Shown: one piece after another, positions 29,373 to 39,062 of the stretch
Layout of the letters: every line of letters begins with the position of its first letter
How positions within the stretch are numbered: position 1 is the stretch's first letter
Assembly (NCBI GenBank): GCA_963810095.1
Contig: CAWEMM010000010.1
Coordinates: 64,001-128,000, forward strand
Length of the DNA stretch: 64,000 nt
DNA from: an uncultured Chloroflexia bacterium
GTDB lineage: Bacteria; Chloroflexota; Anaerolineae; CG2-30-64-16
Direction: 5' to 3'
Program-made: the position numbers and the translations under genes
Notes under the pieces: model-generated
Databases searched by the model: none
Seen by the model: only the letters and a program-made list of their open reading frames with translations
What the model was told of the DNA's origin: nothing

Positions 29373-30029
29373 TCAATTTTGGGCGTTCTCGCGACCCGTG
29401 AGCCAGCTCACCCATTCGTCGAGCCCCTCACCCGTGCGGCATGACACGAGGAACACGGGCGCGTCGGGGTTGGTCATCGAAACCCCGCGGCGGAAATACT
29501 CGAGGTCGAAGTCGAAGTACGCGGCCAGGTCGGCCTTGTTGAGCAGCACCGCGTCGCCGGCCGCAAACATGCCGGGGTACTTGTAGGGCTTGTCGTGGCC
29601 CTCGGGGACGCTCGCGACCACCACGGCCAGGGCCGCGCCCAGGTCGAACTCGGCCGGGCAGACGAGGTTGCCGACATTCTCGATGAACAGGACGTCGACC
29701 TCGGCCAGGGGCAAGTTCGGCAGCGCCGAGCGTATCATCGGGGCGTCCAGGTGGCAGTTGCCCCCGGTGTTGATCTGGACCGCCGGGATGCCTGCGGCCA
29801 GCACCTTTTCCGTGTCGATGCGGGATGCCAGGTCGCCTTCGATCACGGCCGGGCGCACCCCTTGCGGCAGGCGCTGCGCCGTGGACAGGATGACGCTGGT
29901 TTTGCCTGCCCCCGGCGACGCCATGATATTGACCGCCAGGATGTGGTGTTCCTGGAACGCATCGCGGTTCTCTGCGGCTACCTCGTCGTTTGCACTCAGA
30001 ATCCGTCGCCGAACGCTAATCTCCGCCAT
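29373..30029 (-). CDS. hypB: nickel GTPase HypB
   Basis: SPGAGKT, EGD, CHLDA, ENVGNLVCP, NKAD. Confidence 0.96.
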   Translation of the reverse strand: MAEISVRRRILSANDEVAAENRDAFQEHHILAVNIMASPGAGKTSVILSTAQRLPQGVRPAVIEGDLASRIDTEKVLAAGIPAVQINTGGNCHLDAPMIRSALPNLPLAEVDVLFIENVGNLVCPAEFDLGAALAVVVASVPEGHDKPYKYPGMFAAGDAVLLNKADLAAYFDFDLEYFRRGVSMTNPDAPVFLVSCRTGEGLDEWVSWLTGRENAQN

Positions 30030-30366
30030 GATCGTTAACCTCAATGCTCTCAACCCGCAACTCGCGGCCACCGGTCACCTGCAGCTTCGTTCCGCCACAG
30101 TGCGGACAGGCCGCCGGCAGCGGGGCGCGCACCTCGGAACTGCGTCCGCAGTCCCAGCACATAATTGTGGCCGGCCGGCGCTGGAAATCAAGGCTGGCCC
30201 CTTCGGCCACGGTGCCCTTGCTCAGCATGTCGAAGTAGAACTGCACCGAGTCGTCGACGATGCTGCTGAGCTCGCCCACGACGAGATGGATGGTCGTGAT
30301 CGGCCGCCCCGCCGCTGCCTCGGTCGCGATCTTGAGGATGCCTTCGGTGATGGATAGTTCGTGCAT
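30016..30366 (-). CDS. hypA: nickel chaperone HypA
   Basis: MHELSI, CWDC...CPHC, GRELRV. Confidence 0.96.
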   Translation of the reverse strand: MHELSITEGILKIATEAAAGRPITTIHLVVGELSSIVDDSVQFYFDMLSKGTVAEGASLDFQRRPATIMCWDCGRSSEVRAPLPAACPHCGGTKLQVTGGRELRVESIEVNDHGGD

Positions 30367-30384
30367 CAGGTCATTATAGCGCGC

Positions 30385-30415
30385 GAAACCAGGTTTCCGC
30401 CAGAAACCTGGTTTT
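30385..30415. repeat. family C repeat doublet
   Basis: GAAACCAGGTTTCCGCCAGAAACCTGGTTTT. Confidence 0.8.
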
Positions 30416-30461
30416 CAGCGCTCTCGCTCGCCGCAGGCGACGCCGCCCGACTGCTGATAGG

Positions 30462-30905
30462 CTAGTGCCCGTAGCTGTTGCCGGTGATGAAACCCTCGAG
30501 GTCGCGAATGGCCGTCCGCTGCTCGGAGATGATCCACTTACCGATATCGCCAATGGTCACCATGCCGGCCACTTGCCCGGCTTCGAGCACCGGCAGGTGG
30601 CGCAGCTTGCGATGGGTCATCAGCTCCAGGCACTCCTCGACCGTCATCGTGGGATCGACCGTCACCACCGGCGAGCTCATCAACTCGAGCACCCGCGTCT
30701 CCTTGGAGTGCCGGCCCATCAGGATGCACTTCCACGCGTAGTCCCGCTCGGAGAACATCCCGACCAGCTTGCCCTCCTGGAGCACGGGCAGCGCGCCGAC
30801 GTTCTTTTCGGCCATCAGCTCCAGTGCCTGAAAGACGGTGGCATAGGGACCGATGGTCCACACGTCCGAGGGCTTGTACCGCATCAGATCGCGTACGTTG
30901 TTCAC
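30462..30905 (-). CDS. CBS-domain protein
   Basis: ALELMAEKNVGALPV, G.FSERDY, RHLPV, IGD. Confidence 0.92.
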   Translation of the reverse strand: MNNVRDLMRYKPSDVWTIGPYATVFQALELMAEKNVGALPVLQEGKLVGMFSERDYAWKCILMGRHSKETRVLELMSSPVVTVDPTMTVEECLELMTHRKLRHLPVLEAGQVAGMVTIGDIGKWIISEQRTAIRDLEGFITGNSYGH

Positions 30906-30921
30906 TCGTCTGCCTCCTTGC

Positions 30922-31494
30922 TTAGCGCTGTGGACGTCCTGACTCCTCGCTCATTGCCTCCGGCCTCACTTCTTCGGTGCGGGGGGTGCCCTCGTAACCT
31001 CGGGCGCCGAGCTCCTGCTGCAGCTTTTCCACCAGGACGTCGATTTGTGCTGCCACCGAAGGAGAGGTTTCGAGTCCGATCTCGAACGACTCGGGCTGCA
31101 CGCCCCACAGTACGATGTCCGGGGGCTCGATGCCCTTAAGCTTCGCCGCAAACAGCATATCGGGCACCCCAACCTGGTGCGGCGAGATCTTCACCGACAG
31201 GAATGCGGGAACCGCTTCACCTTCCAGTCGAATCAGCGTGCCTGCCGGCTTCCCGGTTTCGACCGCATCGACGATCAAGAGAGTCTGGCAGCCCTCGAGG
31301 TAGTAGAGGAGATCCATGCCGAGAGTGCCCCCGTCGACGATCTGCACGGCCGGGGGCAGGACGTAGCGCTCTTGCAGCCGGCGGATCACGTGCACGCCCG
31401 CGCCCTCGTCAGACAGCAGCAGATTGCCGACCCCGAGGATCAAAACCGTCTGGCCCGCCGCGTCTCCGGCCGTCGAGGGCTGCTGGTCGCTCAT
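30922..31494 (-). CDS. HyaD/HybD-type hydrogenase maturation protease
   Basis: LGVGNLLLSDEGAG, DGGTLG, VDAV, SPHQ, GVQP. Confidence 0.92.
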   Translation of the reverse strand: MSDQQPSTAGDAAGQTVLILGVGNLLLSDEGAGVHVIRRLQERYVLPPAVQIVDGGTLGMDLLYYLEGCQTLLIVDAVETGKPAGTLIRLEGEAVPAFLSVKISPHQVGVPDMLFAAKLKGIEPPDIVLWGVQPESFEIGLETSPSVAAQIDVLVEKLQQELGARGYEGTPRTEEVRPEAMSEESGRPQR

Positions 31495-31563
31495 CCATAA
31501 CTCCTTGCGCCGCAACTAGCGCGGTATGAGATTTGCACCGGGTGCCGGCCCAGGGCGTTTTGC

Positions 31564-32007
31564 TCAGCGTGCATACCCGTTGCCGCTGATGTACCCTTCC
31601 AGGTCGTGAATTGTCGAGCGCTGTTCGGAGATGACCCATTTGCCGATATCGCCGATGCTCACGATGCCGGTCAGGCGCTCTCCCTCGAGGACGGGCAGGT
31701 GCCGGAACTGGCGCTCGGTCATCATCACAAGGCATTGCTCGATGCTGAAGGTCGGGTCGATCGTGACCACGGGCGAACTCATGAGCTCGGAAACGAGCGT
31801 TTCTCTGGAGTGGCGGCCCATGAGGATGCACTTGCGTGCGTAATCGCGTTCCGAGAAGATGCCGATGAGACGGCCCGCTTCGACCACCGGGAGCGCGCCC
31901 ACGTTCTTTTCGGCCATTAGCTCCAGCGCCTCATAAACGCTGGCCTGCGGGCCGATCGTCCATACGTCGCCGGATTTGTAGCGCAGCAGATCTTTGATCT
32001 TGTTCAC
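31564..32007 (-). CDS. CBS-domain protein (paralog of 30462..30905)
   Basis: Same motifs and 147-aa length; shared GDIGKW.ISEQR...DLEG.I.GN.Y tail. Confidence 0.92.
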   Translation of the reverse strand: MNKIKDLLRYKSGDVWTIGPQASVYEALELMAEKNVGALPVVEAGRLIGIFSERDYARKCILMGRHSRETLVSELMSSPVVTIDPTFSIEQCLVMMTERQFRHLPVLEGERLTGIVSIGDIGKWVISEQRSTIHDLEGYISGNGYAR

Positions 32008-32216
32008 GACACTGTCTCCTTGCTCGCCGAACGAGCGCTCGCTGCGCCGCGAGCCCTATTCTCTGCTGACAGTCAAGGTGCGCCTTCGAACCAATTGCCG
32101 TGCGTAGCCAGTGCAACTATTCTACAATACGATTACAAAGAGCGCAAGCGGGAACCGAGGCCGGTTAGCGGGCGTTCTCACAAACAGAGTTGTATTGAGC
32201 GAAGGGGAAGTGAGCT

Positions 32217-33470
32217 GTGCGGAAGTTAGGGCGGCTGCTAGCAGTTGTGTCGTTGGGGATGGCGCTTATGGCAAGGCGCAGGGTGCGCTGGGGCAGCCTC
32301 GATCCGAGCCTTTTGCCCTATACCGGAAAGCTGATGGCGCAGGCTTTGTCGCCGGTGTGGACCACTGTGGGCGCGCTGGCGGCAATCATCGGGCTGATTG
32401 CCGGCGACAAGGCGGCCGCAGTGGGCGGCGTACTGGGTACGGCGATCGTCGCCGACACGATGCGGCGGGTGTTGGCGCCGCATCACGGGTTCGAGCAGGC
32501 GTTTGGGCCGGCGTGGGACGAGCGCATTCCTGCGGCGCGCAAGGCGCATCTCCCGCGTCGTTGGAACGGCTATCTGCGGCCCGTGCGCACGGCCGGTGTC
32601 CACCGCGACGTCCCCTACGCCGTGCTGCCGGGCGGGCGGCAGTTGTTGTGCGATATCTGGCAGCCGCCGGCCGGGGTCGAGACGTCCGGCGTTGCCATGG
32701 TCTACCTGCACGGCGGGGGCTGGCAGGCGATGGACAAGGACTCGGGCACTCGGCCGTTCTTCCGCCACCTGGCCGCCCAGGGACACGTCATCATGGACGT
32801 GTCCTACCGCCTGTGTCCTGAGACAGATTTGCAGGGCATGGTCGGCGACGTCAAGCGGGCAGTGGCGTGGATGCGAGTGCATGCGTTTGAGTACGGCGCC
32901 GACCCGGACCGCATCGTGCTGGCCGGCGCCTCGGCCGGTGGGCACCTGGCCTTGCTGGGGGCTTATACGGCCGGCGTGCGGGCGCTGTCTCCATTCGAAA
33001 ATTTCGCGGACGCGGCGGTTCGCGGGGTTATTGCGTGGTATGCCCCCGCAGACCTGACCCGTTATTCGGGGGACCGGTTTCCGCGTGATTGGCCGCTGTT
33101 CGTCCGGGTGGCCCACCGGCTGGGCATGATCAATTCGCCCGACCACCTGAGTTGGGTTGACCTTGAGCGTAAGCTGCTGGGTGCGCCGATCCGGGAGGCC
33201 CGCGAGCAGGTCGCGCTGCTCTCGCCGATCACTTACGTGGGCCCACATTGTCCGCCGACGCTCATGATCTATGGCACCCACGACGGCTTGATCCCCATCG
33301 AGGACCCGCGCAGCCTGTACGCCGCGCTGCAGGAGTGCAAGGTGCCCGCCGTGTACCTGGAATTGCCGTGGGTCGATCACGCGTTTGACATGGCGGCGCC
33401 GCATTTGTCGCCTGCCGCGCAGGCCGCGTATCAAGACGTGGAGCAGTTCCTGGCGCTGATGGCGGGCTAA
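32217..33470 (+). CDS. alpha/beta hydrolase (HSL-like esterase) with N-terminal membrane segments
   Basis: HGGGW, GASAGG, GTHD, HAFD. Confidence 0.9.
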   Translation: MRKLGRLLAVVSLGMALMARRRVRWGSLDPSLLPYTGKLMAQALSPVWTTVGALAAIIGLIAGDKAAAVGGVLGTAIVADTMRRVLAPHHGFEQAFGPAWDERIPAARKAHLPRRWNGYLRPVRTAGVHRDVPYAVLPGGRQLLCDIWQPPAGVETSGVAMVYLHGGGWQAMDKDSGTRPFFRHLAAQGHVIMDVSYRLCPETDLQGMVGDVKRAVAWMRVHAFEYGADPDRIVLAGASAGGHLALLGAYTAGVRALSPFENFADAAVRGVIAWYAPADLTRYSGDRFPRDWPLFVRVAHRLGMINSPDHLSWVDLERKLLGAPIREAREQVALLSPITYVGPHCPPTLMIYGTHDGLIPIEDPRSLYAALQECKVPAVYLELPWVDHAFDMAAPHLSPAAQAAYQDVEQFLALMAG

Positions 33471-35221
33471 GCGGGATCCGAGTCGGGGTTAGGTCGGAGG
33501 GGGAGTCTGACTTCAGGCTGCAGCACGGGCAGCCAGAGATAGAACGTGGTGCCCTTGTCGAGCTCCGACTCGACGGTGATCTGCCCGCCCGCCCGCTCGA
33601 CGATCTCCTTGACGATCGACAGGCCCAGGCCGGTGCCCATGCGCGAAACCGACTTGGCGTTGTCTGCCCGGAAGAACTCGGAGAAGAGGCGGGTCATCGC
33701 CTCTTTAGGGATGCCGATGCCGGTGTCGGCGACGCCGGCGATCAGGCGGTCGCCCTCGCGGGCGAGGGTCACCGTGACGTTTCCTCCATCGCGGTTGTAC
33801 TTAATCGCGTTACTGACCAGGTTGTTCCAGAGGCTCCTGATCTGATCGGGGTTGGCCAGCACCGGAGGCAGGTCGGATCCGATATGGGTTTCGACCGTAA
33901 TGCCCCGTTCCTTGGCGCTGCCGGTTAGCAGTTCTACCTGTTCGCACAAAAGTTTCTCGATCTGGATCGGCTGGACGAGCCCGCGGGCATCTGCAGAGCC
34001 AATCCGGCCGAGTTCGAGCAGGTCGGCGATGAGGGCCAGTTGCTCCATCGCCCGGCGCTCGGCCTTTTCGAGGGTTTCGCGGACCTTGTTTTGCGGGACA
34101 TAGCCTTCGAGGATGAGCTTGAGGTAGCTCTGGATGGCCGCCACCGGCGCGCGCAACTCGTGCGTCGTGAGCAGGGTGAACTGGGCACGAACGTCTTCGA
34201 GCTCGCGGAGCTTTCGGTTGGCCAACGCCAACTCGTCGTTGAGGCGTTCGAGCTCGTGCCGCCGGGCGCTGCACTCGGCATTCGCGGCCCGCAGCAGATC
34301 GTTGAGGTCGGCCATGTGGCTGCTGCGCGTCTCCAGGCGATCGAGCGCTTCCCGCAGCCGGGCGTTGACCTGCGCCAACTCCTCGCGCCGGGCCTTACAC
34401 TCGGCATTTGCAACCCGGAGCTGCTCGTTCAATTCGCTCATGTGGCTCGACCGGTTCTGAAGCCGGTCGTATGCGGTTTGGAGTTCCGCGTAGGCTGCAT
34501 CGAGGTGCGCCCGGCTGTGGTGCAGTTCTTCATTCGCCGCCCGCAGCTGTTCGTTCAGGTGGCGCATCTCGGCCGCTCGCTCTTCCGCCCGCACCTGGTT
34601 TTCCTCCAGGTCACGAGTGCGCGAGTGGAGCATGCCGACCAGGGCACTGGTTCCCGCGGCGGCCAGGAAGGTCGTCACCGCGACGGCAACGCATTGTGCG
34701 AACGCGTAAGCGGCCGCCTCAGAGACCGCCGTTGGTTGGGGCATGAGGGGGTGATGTGGCAGCAGGCCGGCCCATTCAGAGATGACGACGGCGGAGTATA
34801 GGGCCGTGGCAAGGCCTGCCGCTCCCAGCGCCGCGCCTCGGCCGAGCAGGACAGCAGCGACAATGACGGGGAACGCATACAACGGGTAGAAGGGATTCTC
34901 CGCCCCGCCCGCAAAGTGGATGACCAAGGTCAGTCCCACGACGTCGGCGAATACCTGGAGGGCGGTGAGGCGCACCCGGGCCGCGGGGCCCGGCTCACGC
35001 GCTGCTCCATTCGAGGGCCGCATGTAAGCGAGGATGCCCAGGCTGAGGGCGGCCAGCAGGCCGAGCGTCAGCGCGAGGGGGGCCAGTTCAAGGGCAGGCG
35101 AAACCTGCGCGACGACCACGGCCAGGAGAAGCGCACCCGCCAATATAATGAGCCGCGCGATGGCAAGCCAGCGCAGTCGAGCCGCCGGAATGGAGGCCGC
35201 GCCAGGAGTGGTCTGAGTCAT
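33467..35221 (-). CDS. membrane sensor histidine kinase with long repeated coiled-coil linker
   Basis: About 6 TMs, HELRAP H-box, NLVSNAIKY, DTGIGI, GTGLGL. Confidence 0.93.
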   Translation of the reverse strand: MTQTTPGAASIPAARLRWLAIARLIILAGALLLAVVVAQVSPALELAPLALTLGLLAALSLGILAYMRPSNGAAREPGPAARVRLTALQVFADVVGLTLVIHFAGGAENPFYPLYAFPVIVAAVLLGRGAALGAAGLATALYSAVVISEWAGLLPHHPLMPQPTAVSEAAAYAFAQCVAVAVTTFLAAAGTSALVGMLHSRTRDLEENQVRAEERAAEMRHLNEQLRAANEELHHSRAHLDAAYAELQTAYDRLQNRSSHMSELNEQLRVANAECKARREELAQVNARLREALDRLETRSSHMADLNDLLRAANAECSARRHELERLNDELALANRKLRELEDVRAQFTLLTTHELRAPVAAIQSYLKLILEGYVPQNKVRETLEKAERRAMEQLALIADLLELGRIGSADARGLVQPIQIEKLLCEQVELLTGSAKERGITVETHIGSDLPPVLANPDQIRSLWNNLVSNAIKYNRDGGNVTVTLAREGDRLIAGVADTGIGIPKEAMTRLFSEFFRADNAKSVSRMGTGLGLSIVKEIVERAGGQITVESELDKGTTFYLWLPVLQPEVRLPLRPNPDSDPA

Positions 35222-35249
35222 CGGATCATCCGGGGGGGCAATGCTGCCA

Positions 35250-35726
35250 TCAAGGCACGTCGAACTGCTCGCAGATGGCCGCGTACGCCTCCTTCAAGTC
35301 AGAAAGGGCAATGATACAGTTGACCGTCGAGATCGAGGTGCTGATTGCCAGGATGTTGATGCCACGGGCCGCCAGCGTACGAAACATCCGCCCTGCGATG
35401 CCCGGGCGCTCGCGGAAGTCAGGACCGAAGATGGCGATGGATGCTACCTCGGGTCGGGGCTCGAGTGCGGCGGGCTGCATCTCAGGACGCAGCGCCTCGA
35501 CGGCGGCCAGGGCGTTCGGCAGGTCACCCCGGTCGACACACAACACCATCTGGTCGTGCTGCTCGTGATCGATCACCTGCACCACAAACTGCACGTTCAG
35601 CCCGCGCTCGCCGAGGGCATCGAGCACGGCGGCGGCGATCCCCGGCCGGTCCTTCACCGCCAGCACGCTCACACTGGCCAATTGGTCGTTCTGAATGACC
35701 CCACCCACTTTGATCTTGTCGGTCAT
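35250..35726 (-). CDS. tandem ACT-domain protein (aspartokinase beta-like)
   Basis: DRPGIAA...L...G.NV; PGIAGRMF.TLA..GINI.AISTS. Confidence 0.88.
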   Translation of the reverse strand: MTDKIKVGGVIQNDQLASVSVLAVKDRPGIAAAVLDALGERGLNVQFVVQVIDHEQHDQMVLCVDRGDLPNALAAVEALRPEMQPAALEPRPEVASIAIFGPDFRERPGIAGRMFRTLAARGINILAISTSISTVNCIIALSDLKEAYAAICEQFDVP

Positions 35727-35740
35727 TTTACCTCACTGCA

Positions 35741-36133
35741 CTAGGCGGCTGTCAGCGCGAGCAGGCGGTCGACCTGCCGCAGCAGCTCGGCCGGCGCGAT
35801 GGGCTTGGTCAGGAACGCATCGATGTGGATGCTTTCGTCGGTCGGGAACAACGCCAGGTAGTCGGTGTTCGCAATCGAGGTGACCATGACCACGGGCACG
35901 TGCTTGTAGTCGGGATCGTCCGCCATCCGCTGGCTCATGCTCAGCCCGTCGAGCACCGAGGACATGATCACGTCCAGCACGACCAGGTCCGGCTTCTCGC
36001 GGCCCAGCACTAGCATGCCCTGGTCGCTATTTCCCGCGCTCACCACCTGATAATCGGCTTTTTCGAGCACAAGTCGCGAGTATTCTACAAAGTCCGGGTC
36101 GTCGTCGACGATGAGGATTTTGGCCTTCGACAT
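35741..36133 (-). CDS. single-domain response regulator
   Basis: ILIVDDD, PDLVVLDVIM, TS, KP. Confidence 0.9.
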   Translation of the reverse strand: MSKAKILIVDDDPDFVEYSRLVLEKADYQVVSAGNSDQGMLVLGREKPDLVVLDVIMSSVLDGLSMSQRMADDPDYKHVPVVMVTSIANTDYLALFPTDESIHIDAFLTKPIAPAELLRQVDRLLALTAA

Positions 36134-36260
36134 TTGTCCACTCCCGCCGCTCGCGCGGTTTCTCAGTTGAGATGCTAGCGCCCGGAGGGGCACGCCTCGC
36201 AGCCTTTGCCGAGGCCGGGCCCCGCAAGCTCTACACGGTCCTTCTTGAACAGCCCCGGTC

Positions 36261-36290
36261 AATTAGTCTTATCTGTTCAATCAGTGTCCC
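36261..36290. repeat. single arm of a family B repeat
   Basis: ATCTGTTCAATCAGTGTCC matches the right arm at 49043-49061. Confidence 0.65.
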
Positions 36291-36299
36291 ATTTTTGAT

Positions 36300-37568
36300 T
36301 CAGTTGGCATGGATGCGCGCGACGAACTCGCTGCGGAAACGGTTTAGGCCCGAGCTGACGGGCTCGCACATCCCCGTGCCCATCGGGCAGAACGTGACAC
36401 CGGCAATGCCGCGCGTCAGTTCTTCGAGCTTGGTCAGCTCGCGACTCGTGCCGCGCCCGGCCGCGATCGTCTCCAGCGTGCGTAGCAGCTGTTCTCCGCC
36501 GACCCGGCACGGCGTGCAGCCGCCGCACGACTCGTGCACGAAGAAGCTCGTGATGCGCCGGGCCACCTCGACCATGTCGGTGGTTTCATCCATAACGATC
36601 ACGGCGCCGGTGCCCAATGCAGAGCCCGCGGCCTGGAGCGTTTCGAACGCCATAGGCGTGTCCAGTTGGTCGGCGGTCATAATCGGCGTGGACGCACCAC
36701 CGGGAATTACGGCTTTGACATTCCGGCCGAGTCGGACGCCGCCGGCATGCTCGTAAATCACCTCGCGCAGCGTGACCCCAAGCGGCAGCTCATAGTTGCC
36801 GGGGCGGTTTACATGGCCGCTCACGCAGAAGATCTTGGGCCCCTTGCTCTGGCTGGTGCCGATCGTTGTATACCACTCGGCGCCACAGCGGATGATGTGG
36901 GGGATGTTGGCCAGCGTTTCGACGTTCTGAACGAGCGTCGGTTGGCCCCACAGCCCCACCTGGGCGGGATACGGCGGCTTGAGGCGCGGCTGCCCGCGGC
37001 TGCCCTCGAGCGACTCGATCATGGCCGTCTCTTCGCCACAAATATACGCGCCCGCGCCGCGATGCACCGAGACGTCCAAGTCAAACCCGCTCCCAAGGAT
37101 GTTCTTCCCCAAAAAGCCGTGCTGATATGCGTCGGCAATGGCCTTGATCCAGCGCTTGACCCCCAGGAAGAACTCGCCCCGGATATAGACGAACGCCCGC
37201 CGCGCACCGATGGCGTATGCAGCAATGATGACGCCTTCGAGGATCGAGTGCGGATCGCGCTCGACGATCAAACGATCCTTGAATGTGCCGGGCTCGCCCT
37301 CATCCGTGTTCACGGCCAGGTACTTCACCGGGGCATCCTTCGGGATGAACCCCCACTTCGTGCCCGTGGGAAAGCCAGCGCCCCCACGGCCTCGCAGGCC
37401 TGACGCCTTGACCTCCGCAATGATCTGGTCAGGCGACATCGTCAGCGCCTTGCGCAGGGCTTCGTACCCGCCGGTCTGCAGGTAGGTAGTTATCTTCTCC
37501 GAGTTGGGCTTCGTGACCCGTGAGAGGAGCACGGGGGCCCACTGCGCCGCGCCATTGGCAGATGCCAT
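36300..37568 (-). CDS. complex-I-type NuoF (FMN/NADH, [4Fe-4S])
   Basis: LRGRGGAGFPTG, DEGEPGTFKDR, GAGAYICGEET, PGGAS, ESCGGCTPCR...C. Confidence 0.93.
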   Translation of the reverse strand: MASANGAAQWAPVLLSRVTKPNSEKITTYLQTGGYEALRKALTMSPDQIIAEVKASGLRGRGGAGFPTGTKWGFIPKDAPVKYLAVNTDEGEPGTFKDRLIVERDPHSILEGVIIAAYAIGARRAFVYIRGEFFLGVKRWIKAIADAYQHGFLGKNILGSGFDLDVSVHRGAGAYICGEETAMIESLEGSRGQPRLKPPYPAQVGLWGQPTLVQNVETLANIPHIIRCGAEWYTTIGTSQSKGPKIFCVSGHVNRPGNYELPLGVTLREVIYEHAGGVRLGRNVKAVIPGGASTPIMTADQLDTPMAFETLQAAGSALGTGAVIVMDETTDMVEVARRITSFFVHESCGGCTPCRVGGEQLLRTLETIAAGRGTSRELTKLEELTRGIAGVTFCPMGTGMCEPVSSGLNRFRSEFVARIHAN

Positions 37569-37569
37569 A

Positions 37570-38043
37570 TCACACCTCCCCCATCAGCCGTTCGAGGATG
37601 GCGTCGATCGCCGCGGGTGTCAGATTCTCGTACAGTTGATCGTTGACGCGCATGGCCGGCGCGGTGCCGCACGAGGCCAGGCACTGGACCATTTCGAGCG
37701 TGAAGCGTCCATCGGGGGTCGACTCGCCGGGGCTCAAGCTGAGCTTGGTGCCCACGTAGTCGGCGACCCTTTCCGCACCCTCGCAGAGGTAGCATGACAG
37801 GCCGTCACACACCTGGATCACGTAGCGGCCGACGGGCTCCGTGCGAAACAAGGTGTAGAAGCTGGCCGTGCTGTAGACGTCGCCTGCACGCAATCCCAGC
37901 CGCTTGGCAACCCGCTCGACGGCCTCTTTCGTGAGGTAACCCTTTTGCTCCTGCGCGATATAGAGCGCGGCCAGCAACACCGACTGCTTGGCGGGGTCGA
38001 CAATCGCCGATCCCACCGGTCTCGCTTGGGCGTCCCCGTTCAT
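37570..38043 (-). CDS. NuoE-like [2Fe-2S] protein
   Basis: AQEQKGYL, ASFYTLF, CDGLSC...CLASC. Confidence 0.92.
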   Translation of the reverse strand: MNGDAQARPVGSAIVDPAKQSVLLAALYIAQEQKGYLTKEAVERVAKRLGLRAGDVYSTASFYTLFRTEPVGRYVIQVCDGLSCYLCEGAERVADYVGTKLSLSPGESTPDGRFTLEMVQCLASCGTAPAMRVNDQLYENLTPAAIDAILERLMGEV

Positions 38044-38122
38044 CTGGACTCCTCTCTCCTCGGCGCACCGGGCAAAACGAGCGTGTCGTTGCAGGTGCCG
38101 GGACTATGCGGCTGGCTTGGAC

Positions 38123-38563
38123 TCAGGCTCCTCCCGCGGACGATCCGCCTGGAGATGGCGCCGGTCCCGAATTGCCCAAAATGCTGGCGACCTGGGCCAG
38201 TAATTCATCAGGGCTGATGGGTTTGCTGAGAAAGCGATCGACCATGGCCCGTTCGTCGGTGGGCAGAAAGCGGTCTTCGTCCTCACTGAGGACGGCGGAG
38301 ATTAGAATCAGGGGGATGTGGGCCAACTGGGGGTCGGTGCGCACGGAACGGATCATGCCTACGCCCGCCAATTCGTAGGACATCATGGCGTCGAGGAGGA
38401 CAAGATCGGGCGCGGTGGCATGCATGAGGGCCAGGCCTTCCATCGCATTGTGGGCCTCGTGGACCTCATACCCGTGCGCTTCCAGGACGATGTGCACGAA
38501 CTCACGAAAGTCCGGGTCGTCGTCGACAATGACGATCGACTGCGTCAACTTGGACACGGTCAA
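38123..38563 (-). CDS. single-domain response regulator
   Basis: IVDDDPDF, PDLVLLDAMM, KP. Confidence 0.88.
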   Translation of the reverse strand: MTVSKLTQSIVIVDDDPDFREFVHIVLEAHGYEVHEAHNAMEGLALMHATAPDLVLLDAMMSYELAGVGMIRSVRTDPQLAHIPLILISAVLSEDEDRFLPTDERAMVDRFLSKPISPDELLAQVASILGNSGPAPSPGGSSAGGA

Positions 38564-38574
38564 CTCCGCGGCGC

Positions 38575-38955
38575 TTAGTTTAGTAACTCGGCCACCTTGT
38601 TCAGCAGCACCTTGGGATCCACCGGCTTCGACAGCCAGGCGTCCATGTGCGGCTGCTGTTCCATGGGGAAGACGTGTGCGTAGGGCGTTTCGGCTATGGA
38701 CGACACCATGATTACCGGCATGAAGCGGGCGTCAGGGTCTTGGGACAGCTTCTCGCTTACATCCAGCCCGTCGAGCACCGTGGACATCATGATATCGAGG
38801 ATCATGAGGTCGGGCCGCAGGGCCTTGACCTGAGCCATGGCCTGGTTGCCATTGGCCGCGGTTACAACCTGGTAATCGTTCGATTCGAGGATCGTCCGCA
38901 TGATTTCGACGAAGTCGGGATCATCGTCGACGACGAGGATTTTGGCAGAAGACAT
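38575..38955 (-). CDS. single-domain response regulator
   Basis: VVDDDPDF, PDLMILDIMM, KP. Confidence 0.9.
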   Translation of the reverse strand: MSSAKILVVDDDPDFVEIMRTILESNDYQVVTAANGNQAMAQVKALRPDLMILDIMMSTVLDGLDVSEKLSQDPDARFMPVIMVSSIAETPYAHVFPMEQQPHMDAWLSKPVDPKVLLNKVAELLN

Positions 38956-39062
38956 CTCTGGCTTGCTCCTTGCGATATTGCGATAGTCTACCATATTATG
39001 CCACCTGTCACAAGCTCCATGCAATGACGGGCATCAGGATTGCGGGGGATCAAAGTGGATGC

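Noticed and set aside
36300-38043. NuoE/NuoF as part of a complex I operon
   Set aside because: No other nuo genes are adjacent; the neighbours are signalling genes.
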